Below, piece by piece: positions 18,948-28,560 of a stretch of DNA of 34,627 nt. Source of the stretch: a virus (taxonomy: Duplodnaviria; Caudoviricetes). Under the pieces are notes generated by a model. The model saw only the letters and a list, made by a program, of their open reading frames with translations, ran no database searches and was not told where the DNA came from. A program made the position numbers and the translations under genes. The DNA lies in IMG/VR virus record IMGVR_UViG_3300020043_006768, positions 1 to 34,627 of that record; one strand, written 5' to 3'. Within the stretch, counting starts at the first letter, position 1; every line of letters begins with the position of its first letter.

Positions 18948-21900
18948 TTACAAAGCCCAACGGCGATATTGAGCCGATTTTTAGAAATGAAACCGTAACT
19001 TCTATTTCAAAAGCCGAACATAGAAAGGCTTTATTGGGCGAAGATATTGTTTATATTTCCGTAGATTCTGCCGCAAATAGGAATTTCGGCATAGGTGACA
19101 AGATTCAATTATTCGGAGGCAATACTTATCGAATCAATCAAATACCCAAGGTCGAAAAGCGTTCTGAAAGAATGTTTTCTTACGAACTTATTTTTGAGGG
19201 TTTACAGTATGATTTGATTCGTGCTTTGTACCTAAACGAAGATGTTACACAATTCAATACCTCTGGTGAATTTAATTTGACTGGCGATATTGAAATGTTC
19301 TTAAACGTGCTTATTAATAATGCAAACCGTGTATTTGGTGCTGATTCTTGGGCTTTGGGTGCATTTCCGACAGGAACAGAAACAAAAAATCTGCTTTTCA
19401 ATAATGAAAACTCTTTGGCCGTTCTTCAAAGAATTTGCACGGAATATGATTATCAATTTGTAATTACTGAGGTATTAGGTCAAAAAGTATTGAACGTTCA
19501 AAAACTTGGTGCTGACCTTGCTTTTTTGTTTCAATACGGCAAAGGCAAAGGATTATATAATCTACAACGCACAAAAGTTGATTCAAAAGGCATAGTAAAC
19601 CGTCTTTATGTGTATGGCTCACAAAAAAACATTCCTTCTAATTACAAAAACTATGCTGATAGGTTGCGACTCGGATTATCTGGCGAACAATCAGTATTAG
19701 AAGACACTGAGTCAATAGCCGCTTTTGGGCTGTTTGAAGGCATTTTTATTGACGAAAACGTTTATCCGCATCGAACTGGCACCGTTTCAGCAATCAATAC
19801 AGGCAACCGTTTGGAGTTTACAGATAGTTCGATGGATTTCAATTTGAATGATTATCTTGTTTCGGGAAATTCTGCCAAAATTCACTTCAATTCTGGCAAC
19901 TTGGCAGGTTATGAACTTGAAATAACGAAGTATAATGATTCAACAAAGACCTTTACAATTAAGGCTTTTAAAGACCCAAAAGGACTTGATTTTCCTTCCA
20001 CAACCGAATCTGCTTTTTTTATTCAGACAGGCGACGAGTATGTGATTATTGATATAATCATGCCCGAAACGTACATTAATACTGCCGAGGCTTTGCTACT
20101 CGAAAAAGGTCAAGCGTATTTGAATGCGAACAAAGTTCCTACGGTTCAATATACACTTGAATTAGATTACAGGTACTTAAAAAACAATTCAGTTGGATTG
20201 AATATTTTTGAAGTTGGCGATACAGTTATGCTCAAAGATTTTGACTTGTCAATAGATAGCAGAATCAAAATTATTGCTTTTACGAGGGATATTTTAAATC
20301 CTTATCACTATAACTTAACTATTGCTGATTTGCCCGAAACTGGTGCAATACGCCGTTTGGTTTCGGATAGTAACTACCTCAAAACTCTGGCAAAGCTCAA
20401 CGATTTGGCCAACATCGCAAAGGCAAAACAGAATTACAAAAGTGATAGTGAGATTTTCACAAGCATTGATTACGCCCTTTCGGGAGTTTGGGCATTGATA
20501 GCCAACGCATTAGAAGAAAAAGGATATATAGGTAGCACGAATAACTTTGATATAGGAATCAAGCGAAATGATATTGAAAAGGTAACAATAAAGGACACCG
20601 AGGTTGAATTTGCCGACCAAATAAAAGCCAATAATCCAGCCACTTCAACCGCCGCCGTTAAAATTTTGGTTGATGAGGGGGGCGTGCATAAGACCCGAAC
20701 CGCTTCTGAAATACTGGCCGATATTGGGGCAGGTTCTGGCGGTGGAGGTGGGGTTTTTGGCGGTGGAATAAAAGGCGACAATGTAACGACTGCCTCAAAG
20801 GTGAATGAGACACTTTCAGGGCTTAGGAATGTTGGTGGGAAAATAATTGGGGCTTTTGATACATTGCTTTTGGCAGGGCAGACAGACGAGTCAGAAAATG
20901 GTATTTATAAGGTTGGCTTAACTTGGACGGCTCGTACGGCGGCAGAAGCAAATCCGTGGCTTTCAGTTGCATACGGAAATGGCGTATTTGTTGCAGTAAC
21001 TTACTACGGAACAAATCAGGTAATGACATCGCCCGATGGAATTACTTGGACTGGCCAGACGGCAGCAAATACAAACGGATGGTATTCGGTAACTTTTGGT
21101 AATGGGCTTTTCGTGGCTATTTCTTATAATGGTACGAATCAAGTCATGACTTCACCCGATGGCATCACATGGACTGCAAGAACAGCAGTTGAAACAAATG
21201 AATGGATTTCGGTATGTTACGGCAATGGACTGTTCGTGGCCGTTGGCTTTCAAGGTACTTATCAAGTAATGACTTCACCTGATGGTGTGACTTGGACTGG
21301 CCAGACGGCTGCGAGTAGTAATGGTTGGTGGAGCGTCTGTTTTGGAAATGGACTATTTGTGGCAACTGCAATATCTGGGACTGACCGAGTAATGACCTCG
21401 CCTGATGGAATTACTTGGACAACAAGAACTCCTACTACTGACATTGCCTGGGTTTCAGTCGCATATGGAAAAGGTCTTTTTGTGGCGGTGGCATCCTTTG
21501 GAACTGGCGATAAGATTATGACCTCGCCCGATGGTGTGACTTGGACTGGCCGAACAACAACAAGTGCTGGAATAATGAGTGTTGCGTATGGAAATGGTGT
21601 ATTTGTTACCGTTGAAAATTATGATTCAAGGGCTTATTCGTTTGACGGCATAAATTGGCTTAATGGACTTGGAATTGAAGGCAACCAATGGCGAGGTCTT
21701 TGTTATGGTAACGGCTTATTTGTTGCGACTGCAATTGATGGTACGAACCGAGTAGCCACGCTTGACGGTGGATGGTCTCGTCCGATTTCTTATAATGATG
21801 ATGAAGAAATTAGAAGAAAATATCATTTAGTCGAACATGGCACTTTTAAAAACAAAAAAATTGTAAACACAAATGAATCTCCAATTACCGTAGGCACAAC

Positions 21901-22114
21901 CGCAATAACTTACGAAGACTATCAAGACATTGAAGGATGGAATTTGGCCGCTGGATTAGTTGATGAGAACGGAAACTTGATAGTTAAGACACTGACTACT
22001 GCGGAAAAGAACGCCTATGTCTCACCTACAATAGGGATGATTATCCTTGATACTACGCTTTCAAAACTGTGTTTTTACACAGGTTCGGCTTGGCAAACAA
22101 TAACTTCGAGCTGA
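18932..22114 (+). CDS. Tail tip / baseplate hub (Tal-like) protein with propeller-containing extension
   Basis: FQYGKGKGLY, IVNRLYVYGSQKNIP, YPHRTGTVS motifs; seven propeller repeats at ~20950..21770. Confidence 0.8.
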   Translation: MEQILITKPNGDIEPIFRNETVTSISKAEHRKALLGEDIVYISVDSAANRNFGIGDKIQLFGGNTYRINQIPKVEKRSERMFSYELIFEGLQYDLIRALYLNEDVTQFNTSGEFNLTGDIEMFLNVLINNANRVFGADSWALGAFPTGTETKNLLFNNENSLAVLQRICTEYDYQFVITEVLGQKVLNVQKLGADLAFLFQYGKGKGLYNLQRTKVDSKGIVNRLYVYGSQKNIPSNYKNYADRLRLGLSGEQSVLEDTESIAAFGLFEGIFIDENVYPHRTGTVSAINTGNRLEFTDSSMDFNLNDYLVSGNSAKIHFNSGNLAGYELEITKYNDSTKTFTIKAFKDPKGLDFPSTTESAFFIQTGDEYVIIDIIMPETYINTAEALLLEKGQAYLNANKVPTVQYTLELDYRYLKNNSVGLNIFEVGDTVMLKDFDLSIDSRIKIIAFTRDILNPYHYNLTIADLPETGAIRRLVSDSNYLKTLAKLNDLANIAKAKQNYKSDSEIFTSIDYALSGVWALIANALEEKGYIGSTNNFDIGIKRNDIEKVTIKDTEVEFADQIKANNPATSTAAVKILVDEGGVHKTRTASEILADIGAGSGGGGGVFGGGIKGDNVTTASKVNETLSGLRNVGGKIIGAFDTLLLAGQTDESENGIYKVGLTWTARTAAEANPWLSVAYGNGVFVAVTYYGTNQVMTSPDGITWTGQTAANTNGWYSVTFGNGLFVAISYNGTNQVMTSPDGITWTARTAVETNEWISVCYGNGLFVAVGFQGTYQVMTSPDGVTWTGQTAASSNGWWSVCFGNGLFVATAISGTDRVMTSPDGITWTTRTPTTDIAWVSVAYGKGLFVAVASFGTGDKIMTSPDGVTWTGRTTTSAGIMSVAYGNGVFVTVENYDSRAYSFDGINWLNGLGIEGNQWRGLCYGNGLFVATAIDGTNRVATLDGGWSRPISYNDDEEIRRKYHLVEHGTFKNKKIVNTNESPITVGTTAITYEDYQDIEGWNLAAGLVDENGNLIVKTLTTAEKNAYVSPTIGMIILDTTLSKLCFYTGSAWQTITSS

Positions 22115-22118
22115 TTAG

Positions 22119-22167
22119 ATAAATAATTAATTTACGTTTATAATGTAAACGTAAATTAATTATTTAT
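22119..22167. repeat. Perfect 22-bp inverted repeat with 5-nt spacer; operator-like, next to the -7 box TATTTTTG (22165..22172)
   Basis: ATAAATAATTAATTTACGTTTA-TAATG-TAAACGTAAATTAATTATTTAT. Confidence 0.9.
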
Positions 22168-22188
22168 TTTTGTTAAAAAAAGCGAAGC

Positions 22189-24057
22189 ATGAAACGAATA
22201 ATTGTCATATTATTAACCATACTTTCATTCAATAGTATTGCCCAAAAAGCCTTAACTGTTGATTCGACAGGGAATGTATTTGTCTTGTTTGTTCGTGACG
22301 ACTCCGTGGCCGTTATATATCAAGGCAAAAATTCGGCTTTCACGACCGATGGCTTGTTTGCAAAAGATTTCTCAGCCTTTGATTTAAAACTGAAAGGATT
22401 TCTAAGATACGATGGTCTAAAGAAAAGTATTGAAGAGGCAAAGAATGATATTTGCAGAAATGATGACAAAGACACTACTATTATAATTGACCCACCCACT
22501 GATTTAGAAACTATTGCTTTTCCAAATCCAAAAAACTACTTCAATGCTCGCTATATAATTGAGCCAACGGATTGGGGAAAAGTTTCTGCAAAAAAATCAA
22601 ATATTGACAATATGCAGGGCTTCGACTTTGCACCCATCGAAGCAAATCAAGGAGAAAGTATCTACAAATATTATGAGTGGAATCAAGGCTATGTTTCAAT
22701 AAAAGGCCGTGACATTTGGCAAGATGGAAACAAAACCTACTTCATTAAGCCGAAAGGTTACAAGACCGATTTGTCAACTAATTTAATGGATTTTGATGTC
22801 AAGTTCCCAGACTTCACCTTGCCATTTGGCAAAATAGTTGTCATGCAACCCACACCTAAGCGTGAAATAGGTATTTACAATTACCTCAAGAAAGGCGTAA
22901 GTTATGTAAAAGACAGGAACGACGATAAAGGATATGTATTCGTTTCAGATGGATGGCTAATTGATTTGGGATGTCCTTACGCTTATGACGACCGACCAGA
23001 TGCAAAAGGAATTTTCGACAGATGGTGCGAGGAGGTTGATTCGGATAAATTACTACAATCATTTATCCAAAACGTGTATTATCCTAACCGTTATAAAGGT
23101 TACGTCATGTTGAATTGGGAACACGTTGGCCACCGTTGGAATGTGCGAAAGGATAAGATTATTAGATGCCTTGAATATTGGTCAACCCACGAACATACCG
23201 CAAAAATGGCACTATGGACGGTTTCTGGAATCGGTATGGGTCGCCCAAAATTTCAAGGACTTGGTATTGATTTTACATCACTTTTAGAATTTCAAGGAAG
23301 TATTGAAGAGTTTCAGCAAAAATACAACGACTATGTGAGTGTTGATTTTAGCTATGCAAGGTATGTTGAAATAGGTCATATTGGAGGTTACATGAATTAT
23401 CCGATTGATTATGGCATTATTCATCATTACTTAACTGAATTGATGCTCCATTGGAAATTTAATAAGGGCAAACAACTTTTATGGACCTTCTGGTTTGACC
23501 AAGAGCCAATTAATAATTTCAATCTTGAACGTGTAAAAGTTGAGAGTCGAGATGGGGTATATTTTGCACAAGTTAAGCCAAAAATATTTCCGAGCGTGGC
23601 GTTTAATGTTGGGGTTTGGTCTATTGTTGGTGGAGGTTTGGACATTTGGTCTGACCCCAATTATTGGACAGACGACAAACGTTTTTGGGGATGGGGTGCT
23701 AACGATATAAATGGAAAAGAGCTTCCAAGCAAACATGATGAAGTAGGGGCAAAATATCCTTCTCAACCCATGAAACCTGTTGATTGGATAATGTCGGGAG
23801 TTTACTCAATGAGCGTGAACAAAGACATTATTGAAGCCCCTTCGGACTGGAAATTTATCACACTTCCAACAAAATCTTTTCACGATAAGTCAGTGATGAT
23901 AGCCTACAAAATCAAAGGCAATGAGGCTTTAATTTTAGCCTTAGACGGCTTCGGAAAGATTGACAGCGAAACTACTCACTCAATCACAATTCAAGGCAAG
24001 AGTTACGAAATAAAAACATTTGGAAGGTTTACGAGTGTAATTAGACTGAAATTATAA
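22189..24057 (+). CDS. Secreted 622-aa protein, possibly glycoside-hydrolase-like
   Basis: Signal peptide MKRIIVILLTILSFNSIA/Q; Trp/Tyr-rich; YVMLNWEH loosely resembles GH strand-plus-Glu motifs. Function uncertain. Confidence 0.5.
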   Translation: MKRIIVILLTILSFNSIAQKALTVDSTGNVFVLFVRDDSVAVIYQGKNSAFTTDGLFAKDFSAFDLKLKGFLRYDGLKKSIEEAKNDICRNDDKDTTIIIDPPTDLETIAFPNPKNYFNARYIIEPTDWGKVSAKKSNIDNMQGFDFAPIEANQGESIYKYYEWNQGYVSIKGRDIWQDGNKTYFIKPKGYKTDLSTNLMDFDVKFPDFTLPFGKIVVMQPTPKREIGIYNYLKKGVSYVKDRNDDKGYVFVSDGWLIDLGCPYAYDDRPDAKGIFDRWCEEVDSDKLLQSFIQNVYYPNRYKGYVMLNWEHVGHRWNVRKDKIIRCLEYWSTHEHTAKMALWTVSGIGMGRPKFQGLGIDFTSLLEFQGSIEEFQQKYNDYVSVDFSYARYVEIGHIGGYMNYPIDYGIIHHYLTELMLHWKFNKGKQLLWTFWFDQEPINNFNLERVKVESRDGVYFAQVKPKIFPSVAFNVGVWSIVGGGLDIWSDPNYWTDDKRFWGWGANDINGKELPSKHDEVGAKYPSQPMKPVDWIMSGVYSMSVNKDIIEAPSDWKFITLPTKSFHDKSVMIAYKIKGNEALILALDGFGKIDSETTHSITIQGKSYEIKTFGRFTSVIRLKL

Positions 24058-24449
24058 TGGCATCAAGAAACCTAAAAGACCTAAACAATATTCTCGTTGC
24101 TGCTTGGGAAAAGGCAGAAATCGAGTTTGAAAATAAAAAAAGTAACAAGGTAAATGTAGTAATTACCTGTACCTACCGAAGCATTGAAGAGCAAAATCAA
24201 CTTTACGAAATTGGCAGAACTGTAAAAGGTAAAAAAGTAACAAATGCCAAAGGCGGTCAAAGTATGCACAACAACTACCCATCCTTAGCTTTTGATATAG
24301 CCTTTTTTAGTCTTGATAAGAAATTGGACTGGTCAGAGGAAAACTTTCACGAGTTTGCCGAAATAATTAAAGTGATTGAACCACGCATCGAATGGGGTGG
24401 TGACTGGAAGAAATTTAAAGATTTACCACATTTTGAACTAAAAAAATAA
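24057..24449 (+). CDS. Endolysin, M15-family Zn peptidase (L-Ala-D-Glu endopeptidase-like)
   Basis: YRSIEEQNQLY..GRT, VTNAKGGQSMHN..AFD, WGGDWKKFKDLPHFEL. Confidence 0.92.
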   Translation: MASRNLKDLNNILVAAWEKAEIEFENKKSNKVNVVITCTYRSIEEQNQLYEIGRTVKGKKVTNAKGGQSMHNNYPSLAFDIAFFSLDKKLDWSEENFHEFAEIIKVIEPRIEWGGDWKKFKDLPHFELKK

Positions 24450-24862
24450 TGGGATTAAAACTAAAAATACAAATCGGAATCATCATCGCTTTACTGTTGG
24501 GGTTTTGGTATGCCTCAAAAAACTACACAGTTGTAAAGGCAAAGGTCATTGAAGATTACGAGGCTACCGCAAAGAAAGATAGTGTATCAGTTGTCGCACT
24601 TTCAAAAGAACTTGAAAAAAGGGATAGTATTATTTTCGACTTACAGCAAAGCGTTGACATCAATTCAAAAAATGTTGGTGATTTTCAGACTGTTATCAAA
24701 GGATTGAAAAACGAATTGAAAGCCTGTAAGGAAAACGATAATTCATGTTGTGCTGAACTAAAGCACCTTGAAGAGACTGAAAATATCAGATATTTTGTCA
24801 AAAAGCCGCTTTCAAAATGGTTTGAAGAAGTAAAAAAAAAACCATTATACATTAAAAAATGA
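24449..24862 (+). CDS. Rz/i-spanin-like membrane-anchored coiled-coil protein
   Basis: N-terminal TM followed by coiled coil with Cys residues; between endolysin and holin-like gene. Confidence 0.5.
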   Translation: MGLKLKIQIGIIIALLLGFWYASKNYTVVKAKVIEDYEATAKKDSVSVVALSKELEKRDSIIFDLQQSVDINSKNVGDFQTVIKGLKNELKACKENDNSCCAELKHLEETENIRYFVKKPLSKWFEEVKKKPLYIKK

Positions 24863-25308
24863 ACCAAATTTCACGGATGCTCGCAAATTTTATACATCGT
24901 TTTGATGAATACTACGATTCAATCAAAGCTGTTTTGATAGTTGTTTTGGGTCTTGCTCCCTCAATTGCTTCATTTCTTGTAAAATATAATCTCAATATAG
25001 ATAACTTCTATTTTGGCATTGCTGGGCAGGGTGTTGTCTGGTTTTATAGATGGTCGCAAGGCGAATTAAGAGAAAAGAAGAGACCTAAAGGAATAATAGT
25101 TGTGATTGGTCATTTGGTAGTGGCTGGTTTCTTGTCAATGCTTTTAACCGAGTATATTCTACACACACAGCTAAAAGAACTTTCGCTTACAACCGTTCTT
25201 GTTGCTGTCGGAATTGGGGCATTTTATGAGTTATTAATTAAGAGAATTACGAATGCAGTTGGTGTGCTTTTGAATACAAGTGAAGATAAATCAGACAAAG
25301 AAAAATGA
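24859..25308 (+). CDS. Putative holin
   Basis: 149 aa with 3-4 hydrophobic segments and charged C-terminus, in the lysis cassette. Confidence 0.6.
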   Translation: MNQISRMLANFIHRFDEYYDSIKAVLIVVLGLAPSIASFLVKYNLNIDNFYFGIAGQGVVWFYRWSQGELREKKRPKGIIVVIGHLVVAGFLSMLLTEYILHTQLKELSLTTVLVAVGIGAFYELLIKRITNAVGVLLNTSEDKSDKEK

Positions 25309-26192
25309 ACTGTGGATGCGGAAACAATATAATCACAATGATTCAAGGAAGCCAAAAAAGCATCCTTTTTCAGTTTCCGAATGCAATAGACGTTTCGCTC
25401 TATCAATTTTCCTTTGAGGTCAGAACTAAGTTAATGTACACCAGTGTACTAAAGTTCTCGACAGAGGATGGAAATATGCAAATTTCGGGTCAAAATGTTT
25501 TGTTATTTATTCCTGCCTCATACACAAGGGATTTATGCGGCGAATACGAGGCACGATTAGGATACTACATCGAACCCGATGATTTGACATTATTACCTGT
25601 AATTGATTTGATTATTGAACCTGCCATTTTGGTTCAAAACGATGCACCGAACGGAGACTCTATTTTTGACATTATTGCTGCACAGGTTGTTGAGATTGTT
25701 ATTAATGTGCCTCCTGTTATTACGATTTCGATTGAAGATTTTGGATTAATTATAGGGCCTGGCAAGTCAGCTTACCAAATCGCCGTTGATTACGGATTTG
25801 TTGGCACAGAACAGGACTGGCTTTTATCCTTAACTGGCCCCAAAGGCGACGATGGAAATGATGGGAATGATGGAGATATAGGCATTGACGGAAAATCTGC
25901 CCTTGAACTATATCGTATAGAAAAAGGACTGCCGACTGCCACGCTTGATGAAATGATGCAATTCTATTCAGGTAGAAAAACAATTATAATCGTAAATAGG
26001 CAAGATGGCAATACAATTACTCACGGACTTGGTGGTCGTATAATTGCACGCTTTTTTGACGAAAACTACGAGATTGACGAAAGGGTTTATACAGTTTACG
26101 ATACTGATAATACCGTAACTTTTAGGACTCGAATCTTAGAAGATATTCTTGGAATTACTTTTAACGGTTTCTTACTATGCGAAAGAATTTAA
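25305..26192 (+). CDS. BppU-like N-terminal adaptor domain plus short collagen-like fibre
   Basis: Ig-like N-terminal ~140 aa; GKSAYQIAVDYGFVGTEQDWLLSL motif and GPKGDDGNDGNDGDIGIDGK triplets. Confidence 0.6.
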   Translation: MNCGCGNNIITMIQGSQKSILFQFPNAIDVSLYQFSFEVRTKLMYTSVLKFSTEDGNMQISGQNVLLFIPASYTRDLCGEYEARLGYYIEPDDLTLLPVIDLIIEPAILVQNDAPNGDSIFDIIAAQVVEIVINVPPVITISIEDFGLIIGPGKSAYQIAVDYGFVGTEQDWLLSLTGPKGDDGNDGNDGDIGIDGKSALELYRIEKGLPTATLDEMMQFYSGRKTIIIVNRQDGNTITHGLGGRIIARFFDENYEIDERVYTVYDTDNTVTFRTRILEDILGITFNGFLLCERI

Positions 26193-28021
26193 TTTTATTG
26201 TTTTTTTTAGCTTCAATTGCCTCTTTCGGGCAAGATATTGGCATTGTTGATGCAGATACCGCAAAAGTTCCGAAAGCTGGATTGACGAGAATTAGTACAA
26301 TGTTTGGCAAGTTGTTTTTCAGAAAAGCAACAGGCCCCAAATATGAAATTGTAAGTACAAATAATACTTACAACAATCCTTCATTCATTGCCTCTATTGC
26401 TTTGCCGAAGGTTACAGGGCTTCAAGACAGTTTGAGCAATACTGTTAAGAAGATTGCAGGAAAGGGATTAAGCACTTACGATTTTTCAACCGTATATAAG
26501 AATGATGTGGATGCTAACACCTTAGTTCGACATTCACATATAAACAAGGCATTGTTGGATACCTACACACAAACCGAATTAGACCTTGCAGATGCAGTTT
26601 TGAAAAAACACACTCACGCAAATCAAGCTATTTTGGACTCCACAACGGCAAGTTTTTTGAGTGGAGACCGTACAAAGTTAGACGGAATAGAGGCAGGAGC
26701 GACAGCAAACAGTTCAGATGCTTATTTACTTTCAAGGTCAAATCACACAGGTACGCAATCGGTGGCAACAATTACAGGACTTGCAACAGTCGCCACGAAT
26801 GGTTTATTTTCCGATTTATTGAGCAAACCTACAACTATTGCAGGCTACGGAATTACTGATTACAATAGTCTTTTCGATACAAGACTTGCTACAAAATCAA
26901 CCTCCGATATTGCCGAGGGGTCAAATTTATATTGGACAATAACCAGGGGCGATGCTCGCTATCCTCAACTATCTGGTTCTTATTCAAATCCAACTTGGAT
27001 AACTTCATTAGAAAATGCAAAAATTACAGGACTTGGTAGTTTGGCATTACTCAATTCGGTTTCTCTTACAAGTAATGTGACAGGATTATTGCCAGATGTT
27101 AATATAAGTAGTGCTTCGGTTTGGTCTGCAAAGCAAAACGCTTTGAGTGGTACAGGATTTGTTAAGATTGTCGGCTCAACAATAAGTTATGACAATAGTA
27201 CTTATCTAACAACTACCTCTGCAAGTTCTACGTACGCCCCTATAAATAGCCCTACATTTACAGGAACAGTAAGCGGAATTACAAAAAGTATGGTAGGTCT
27301 TGGAAACGTAGATAACACAAGCGACTTAAATAAGCCTATCAGCACAGCGACACAAACAGCTTTGAATACTAAACAAGAGACGTTGATAGCAGGGCAAGGC
27401 ATACAACTTTCGGGGGCAACAATAAGTTCAGTCATTACGAGCGATACTGTAACAGCCCCTGCAAGTGGAGCTTATCGAATTGCCTTAACTTCGGATAGTT
27501 TACTTAGAGTTGTCAATTCGGCAGGCAAAGTTTATGCCCTTGAAAATAGACAGCAACCGTGGGCGTTAAAACCTGTTGTGATTGATTCAACTTTAAGCTC
27601 TTACACTATTGTAGATAGTAGGAGTTTGAATTTTGTTTTGGCTTCAACAGAAAACTTTTCAACGGCTTATTTGGGTAAATACAATATTTATACCTCAAAT
27701 TTATTCTATTATTTGCCGAAGTTTATTGCTAATTACACTATCGGGCTAAACCTGCCAAACCCCACACTTTCGGGTTCTGCAGGTCTTGTAATTAGTGTAA
27801 TGATGAACAAGAAATGTACGATTAATTTCAACTATCCTATTTATTATACGTTGAGAAATGGTACAGGCACATTGACAGTAGATACCGACTACGGTCTTTC
27901 ACAAATGAACCCTACATTACAAGCCATCCCTTCTACAAATTTCAAGGCAACCTGGTTCATAAGCCATGACTCGACAATTTATCAATTTTACGTTCAAAAC
28001 AATAAATGGTACATACGATGA
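26177..28021 (+). CDS. Tail-fibre-like protein with N-terminal signal peptide
   Basis: MRKNLILLFFLASIASFG/Q; fibre-type repeats HTHANQAILD, KLDGIEAGATAN, RSNHTGTQ, KPTTIAGYGITD, VGLGNVDNTSDLNKPISTATQTAL. Confidence 0.7.
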   Translation: MRKNLILLFFLASIASFGQDIGIVDADTAKVPKAGLTRISTMFGKLFFRKATGPKYEIVSTNNTYNNPSFIASIALPKVTGLQDSLSNTVKKIAGKGLSTYDFSTVYKNDVDANTLVRHSHINKALLDTYTQTELDLADAVLKKHTHANQAILDSTTASFLSGDRTKLDGIEAGATANSSDAYLLSRSNHTGTQSVATITGLATVATNGLFSDLLSKPTTIAGYGITDYNSLFDTRLATKSTSDIAEGSNLYWTITRGDARYPQLSGSYSNPTWITSLENAKITGLGSLALLNSVSLTSNVTGLLPDVNISSASVWSAKQNALSGTGFVKIVGSTISYDNSTYLTTTSASSTYAPINSPTFTGTVSGITKSMVGLGNVDNTSDLNKPISTATQTALNTKQETLIAGQGIQLSGATISSVITSDTVTAPASGAYRIALTSDSLLRVVNSAGKVYALENRQQPWALKPVVIDSTLSSYTIVDSRSLNFVLASTENFSTAYLGKYNIYTSNLFYYLPKFIANYTIGLNLPNPTLSGSAGLVISVMMNKKCTINFNYPIYYTLRNGTGTLTVDTDYGLSQMNPTLQAIPSTNFKATWFISHDSTIYQFYVQNNKWYIR

Positions 28022-28560
28022 AAAAAACAATCACATTTTTACTGATATTAGGCACATTGACAAGTATTTTGGTGGTGACTTATTCGCAACAGCCGAAATA
28101 TTACGATGGCAACGGAAATTTACTCACTTTACCAAAAGTAGTTTCTATTGATTCAAGTTACATCAAATCTTTACCTAAAAGAGTAACTTTGACTAATCTA
28201 ACAAAATCAGATTTGAGAGTTTTCAAAAACTTAATGCTCCAAAGGGTTCAAGAAAGCGATAAGCCCTATGATGACACTACAAAGGCAACTTTTGATAAAA
28301 TCATACTGGACTTGAACACTAAAAATGATACTATTACGACGTTCAAGATTCAAAACTTGCCGACATACTATTTTCAACAGTATGCCCAAAATGCAACAGA
28401 ATCTTACAAAAGGTTTGTAGATAGCAGGAAAGAAGTTCGACAATTCTTGCGAATCGCTGCGAACGTTCAAAAAATAGATACAGCATTTTACTTGCTATCT
28501 ACCTTTTCAGGGCAATTAGACAAAACAATTTTGAAAAAAGACATCAAAAACAGACCATGA
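28018..28560 (+). CDS. Exported hypothetical protein
   Basis: MKKTITFLLILGTLTSILVVTYS/Q; ATGA overlap with the upstream stop. Confidence 0.65.
   Translation: MKKTITFLLILGTLTSILVVTYSQQPKYYDGNGNLLTLPKVVSIDSSYIKSLPKRVTLTNLTKSDLRVFKNLMLQRVQESDKPYDDTTKATFDKIILDLNTKNDTITTFKIQNLPTYYFQQYAQNATESYKRFVDSRKEVRQFLRIAANVQKIDTAFYLLSTFSGQLDKTILKKDIKNRP

Noticed and set aside
17895-21780. Diversity-generating retroelement (TR/VR pair) among the propeller repeats or duplicated adaptor genes
   Set aside because: No reverse transcriptase in the window, both copies are coding, and the mismatches inspected are not restricted to adenines.
22119-22167. Intrinsic terminator after the Tal gene
   Set aside because: The stem is almost all A/T and matches the motif at three other promoters, so an operator reading is preferred, although a dual role is possible.
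24449-24862. Embedded o-spanin lipoprotein gene
   Set aside because: I could not identify an overlapping lipobox ORF by eye; a short one is not excluded.
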